Positions 61,501 to 64,000 of a stretch of 64,000 nt of DNA are shown here, piece after piece. Source of the stretch: Macrostomum hystrix. Taxonomy: Eukaryota; Animalia; Platyhelminthes. The stretch lies in assembly GCA_950097015.1 (NCBI GenBank), contig CATNEN010000041.1:2046001-2110000 (forward strand). The letters run 5' to 3'. The notes under the pieces were generated by a model that worked only from the letters and a program-made list of their open reading frames with translations, was not told the DNA's origin and did not search any database. The translations under genes were made by a program, and so were the position numbers. Every line of letters begins with the position of its first letter. Positions within the stretch are counted from its first letter, which is position 1.

Positions 61501-62994
61501 GAAAGATTTGAAAACTCACTCGAGAAACCGACTGCTCATGATTTGAACTCGGGAGTAGCGGAAGAAGCTGGTCAGCAGGGCGGCGAAGATGCGGCCGGCG
61601 AAGCTGCCAGCCGGGTCGGCCGCAGTGCAGACAGCCACACGCAGCGGCTCCGCGTCCGATACTGAGGCAAAGAAGTAGCGGGGCCGCGGCGACACGACTG
61701 CGGGCCGGGTGGCGGAGGCCAAAATGACAGGATGAGATCAGCCAGAGATCCAGGATGGGATCAGCCAGCGATCTAGGACGGGATCAGCCAGCGATCTAGG
61801 ATGGGATCAGCCAGCGATCTAGGATGGGATCAGCCAGCGATCCAGGATGGGATCAGCCAGAGATCCAGGATGGGATCAGCCAGCGATCCAGGATGGGATC
61901 AGCCAGCGATCCAGGATGGGATCAGCAAGCGATCCAGGATGGGATCAGCCAGCGATCCAGGATGGGATCAGCCAGCGATCCAGGATGGGATCAGCCAGAG
62001 ATACAGGATGAGATCAGCTAGAGATCCAGGATGGGATCGGCAAGGGATCCATGATGGGATCAGCCAGCGATCTAGGATGGGATCAGCCAGCGATCCAGGA
62101 TGGGATCAGCCAGAAATCCAGGATGAGATCAGCCAGAGATCCAGGATGGGATCGGCCAGGGATCTAGGATGGGATCAGCCAGCGATCCAGGATGGGATCA
62201 GCCAGCGATCCAGGATGGGATCGGCCAGGGATCCAGGATGGGATCGGCCAGTGATCTAGGATGGGATCAGTCAGGGGATCCAGGATGTGATCAGCCAGGG
62301 ATCTAGGATTGGATCAGTCAGGGGATCCAGGATGGGATCAGCCAGGGATCCAGGATGGGATCAGTCAGGGATCCAGGATGGGATCAGTCAGGGGATCCAG
62401 GATGGGATCAGTCAGGGAATCCAGGATGGGATCAGCCAGGGGATTCAGGATGGCATCAGCCAGCGATCCAGGATGGGATCAGTCAGAGGATCTGAAATCG
62501 CCATATTATCAGGCTAACAAAAATAAACGCTGGTTACTCCAACCAGTAGTTTTGTCAGTCAAAGTGTGAATGAAACGTCACACGGGTGAAAGATTTAAAA
62601 GTACAATTTGCAGCAAACTATGAAATAAACTGCAAAGACACGTCACTTTCCAGCGCGCATTCTGTCGATCTTTTGCAATCTGAATAGCTGGCCCCACTTC
62701 ACTCAGGCTGACAGATAAGAGTGCAACTGCCGCGAACTGGTTTCTTAGCGACCCTCTCCCGCCTGTCAAACAGTGCTCAATCACTCGCATTGCACCCAGA
62801 TTGGCCCACGATGCCACAAACTCACAGTTTGGATAGCGGTCCGCCAGCTCCGGGCAGGTGTTAGTGCCAGATATTGAGAGGGGCCAGGCCGACTTAGGCA
62901 ATAGAAGCAGCAACAGCAGCAGCAGCAGCAATGGCAGCTGCAGCCTCACAGCTGGAGCAGCTGTGGCGGGGCCACTCAAACTGCAGGCGCTCAT
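49576..62994 (-). CDS. VKR: Venus kinase receptor (VFT-domain receptor tyrosine kinase), 9 exons, about 1208 aa
   Basis: Exons (- strand): 62826-62994 (signal peptide, poly-Leu), 61520-61697, 61312-61419, 60205-60721, 56253-56928, 54750-55039, 52861-53055, 51632-52455, 49576-50245. GT-AG with matching phases, total 3627 nt. VFT motifs LYLAGMFP, LLGVIGATCSDTIEP and YPYFYRTIPS resemble GABA-B/ANF receptors. TM helix LIFTFSVILFFIILVVVVAVVGF. Kinase motifs GEGAFG, CALK, HRDVALRN, DFGLAR, YYRFDRRGMLPVRWMSPE and SDVWSY. A VFT domain joined to an insulin-receptor-like kinase defines the VKR family. The first four exons are less certain than the VFT and kinase exons. Confidence 0.9.
50396..50476. repeat. 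Direct tandem duplication, 43 bp period, about 2 copies (VKR intron 8)
   Basis: ACACCTGTGCCACACTGGACACCCTGTTGATTGAG at 50396 and 50439. Confidence 0.9.
51045..51606. repeat. Minisatellite, 20 bp unit, about 28 copies (VKR intron 8)
   Basis: Unit CTAATC(C/T)(A/C)GAATCC(C/T)ATTCT. Confidence 0.95.
52530..52795. repeat. Tandem repeat of two alternating 23 bp units (VKR intron 7)
   Basis: CACACCTGACAGTTCACTATTAT alternates with CACACCTGACAACGAACGATTTT. Confidence 0.88.
53180..53395. repeat. Minisatellite, 40 bp unit, about 5.5 copies (VKR intron 6)
   Basis: Unit GGGTCATAG(G/A)CAGAGATTGGTTCATGGCTCACTCATGAAT. Confidence 0.94.
53403..53480 (+). mobile_element. Possible single end of a non-autonomous DNA transposon (hAT-like)
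   Basis: CAGTGTTGGGCAACTTACTTAAGTTACC...AAAAAAGTAGC resembles the termini of some non-autonomous hAT elements as I recall them. No matching second end was found. Confidence 0.25.
53540..53770. repeat. Tandem repeat, 40-46 bp unit, about 5 copies (VKR intron 6)
   Basis: AGACAGC(A/C)ATCAGGGTCATGACCTACTTGGAAT(T/A)GGTC. Confidence 0.88.
54183..54702. repeat. Minisatellite, 24 bp unit, about 21 copies (VKR intron 6)
   Basis: Unit CA(G/A)GGTCATGACCA(C/G)AGAGGAA(A/C)C. Confidence 0.96.
55055..55525. repeat. Minisatellite, 51 bp unit, about 9 copies (VKR intron 5, acceptor side)
   Basis: Unit GGATTAGGGAAATTGTGAGTATAGGCTTTGTTGGTTTGTGAGTCAGGATCC. Confidence 0.96.
55582..56238. repeat. Minisatellite, 32-33 bp unit, about 20 copies (VKR intron 5, donor side)
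   Basis: Unit GGA(T/A)CAGGACTGGG(G)ATATTGGTCTGTGAGGAA. Confidence 0.96.
57886..60105. repeat. Minisatellite, 29 bp unit (27 bp variant), about 77 copies (VKR intron 4)
   Basis: Unit CATGGCTGCAGATGATGGATATTCTAGTA; variant CATGGCTGCAAATGAGGGATTCTTGTA. Confidence 0.98.
61728..62490. repeat. Minisatellite, 23-24 bp unit, about 33 copies (VKR intron 1)
   Basis: Unit GATCCAGGATGGGATCAGCCAGC with variants. Confidence 0.95.
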
Positions 62995-64000
62995 GCCAGA
63001 GCCTGCAACAATGGCAAATTGGTATAACACTGGCTGAGTCTGCAACCCACTGGGGACAAATATTAATGCGACTGAGCGGTCACAGTATGAAAGATGCGAC
63101 CAACCAGATGAAACAGCCAATAGAAAACAGCCAATAAACATTTAGTGAGTGACTAGTCAACGACAACTTACTGATAGCAATAACTTGAGTCTAGTGTCAG
63201 ATCTAAGAATTTTCAATGAGAATAACTAAAGGTTATAAAGATACAAGTAATATGCCCCACTTGGCTGCAATATTAATATAGAAATGGTGCCATATCCCTA
63301 ATATGGAGTCATGGCTTACCCCTCTTAGCTTACTCTTGTGGGGCATGGTGGCTATATTCATAAGCAAGCCACAACCCTAGAAACATAATGGCTCTATTAT
63401 TGAATTGTGGCAGTTATTGCTTAGGGATCATGAAAGGTGGGAAATTGTACTATTAAATGAAGTTTCTGTTTATTTTTAATGTTTATACCTAGTAAATAAA
63501 ATGAGAAGTCAATTCTTTAGTAACCCCCATTGTAATAAATATTGAAAACCTATGGAAATTCATGTTAAACTTAAATGCAAATTATTTTACTATACTTTAG
63601 CATTGCATACATAAAAAATTCTGACATATTCATAAAGTTGTTTGTTGATTCTAGCTTTTTTGTTATTTTCTAGCCTATGACTTGCTGTGCACTTAATTTT
63701 TCTGTAGCAATAGACATGAGTGCAGACATCTGCAGTAATGACAGGCACACTGCATGCTTTGCACACTTTACAAACTCCTTTAGCTTTACAAATGTGCACC
63801 AGATGCTATATGCAAATTGTCAACTTTTTTCTATATGGTCAGTAACCAGCTTGTCCTGATTGGCAGCCATATAAATGTACTTATATATTCAGATCCAACA
63901 TACATGTATCTTCATACATATTTATCCATACATACATGCATTTTACATACAAATTTTTGTCATTGATTGATGACTATAGGTGGTGTATACTATAGCTAGT

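Noticed and set aside
62578-63141. Full 187-aa ORF as the VKR first exon
   Set aside because: A strong acceptor lies at 63003-63004 just before the internal ATG (62994), a signal peptide follows that ATG, and a phase-1 GTGAGT donor at 62824-62825 fits exon 2. The longer ORF ends are probably intronic.

Overview
Eukaryotic (invertebrate animal) genomic DNA with GC-rich coding exons and introns packed with minisatellites. The architecture resembles that of free-living flatworms such as Macrostomum, but this is inference only. Four protein genes could be reconstructed by hand with GT-AG introns and consistent phases. On the + strand are an intronless nucleoside diphosphate kinase (3436-3885) and a 3-exon beta-tubulin (6071-8673, 444 aa). 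On the - strand are a complete 32-exon ryanodine receptor (43136-13550, about 4942 aa) and a 9-exon Venus kinase receptor (62994-49576, about 1208 aa; signal peptide, extra N-terminal domain, Venus flytrap domain, TM helix, insulin-receptor-like tyrosine kinase). A probable fifth, unidentified gene starts head-to-head with NDK. Roughly 20 kb (about 30%, hand estimate) consists of about 33 mostly distinct tandem arrays (units 7-66 bp), none inside coding exons. There are two tRNA-derived SINE families, one with a CORE (MIR-like) domain. I see no self-contained novel system with certainty. The most unusual signal is the array-per-intron architecture: shared cores between distant arrays, units built from splice signals or palindromes, and visible unit-to-unit evolution. 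All coordinates, copy numbers and alignments are manual.
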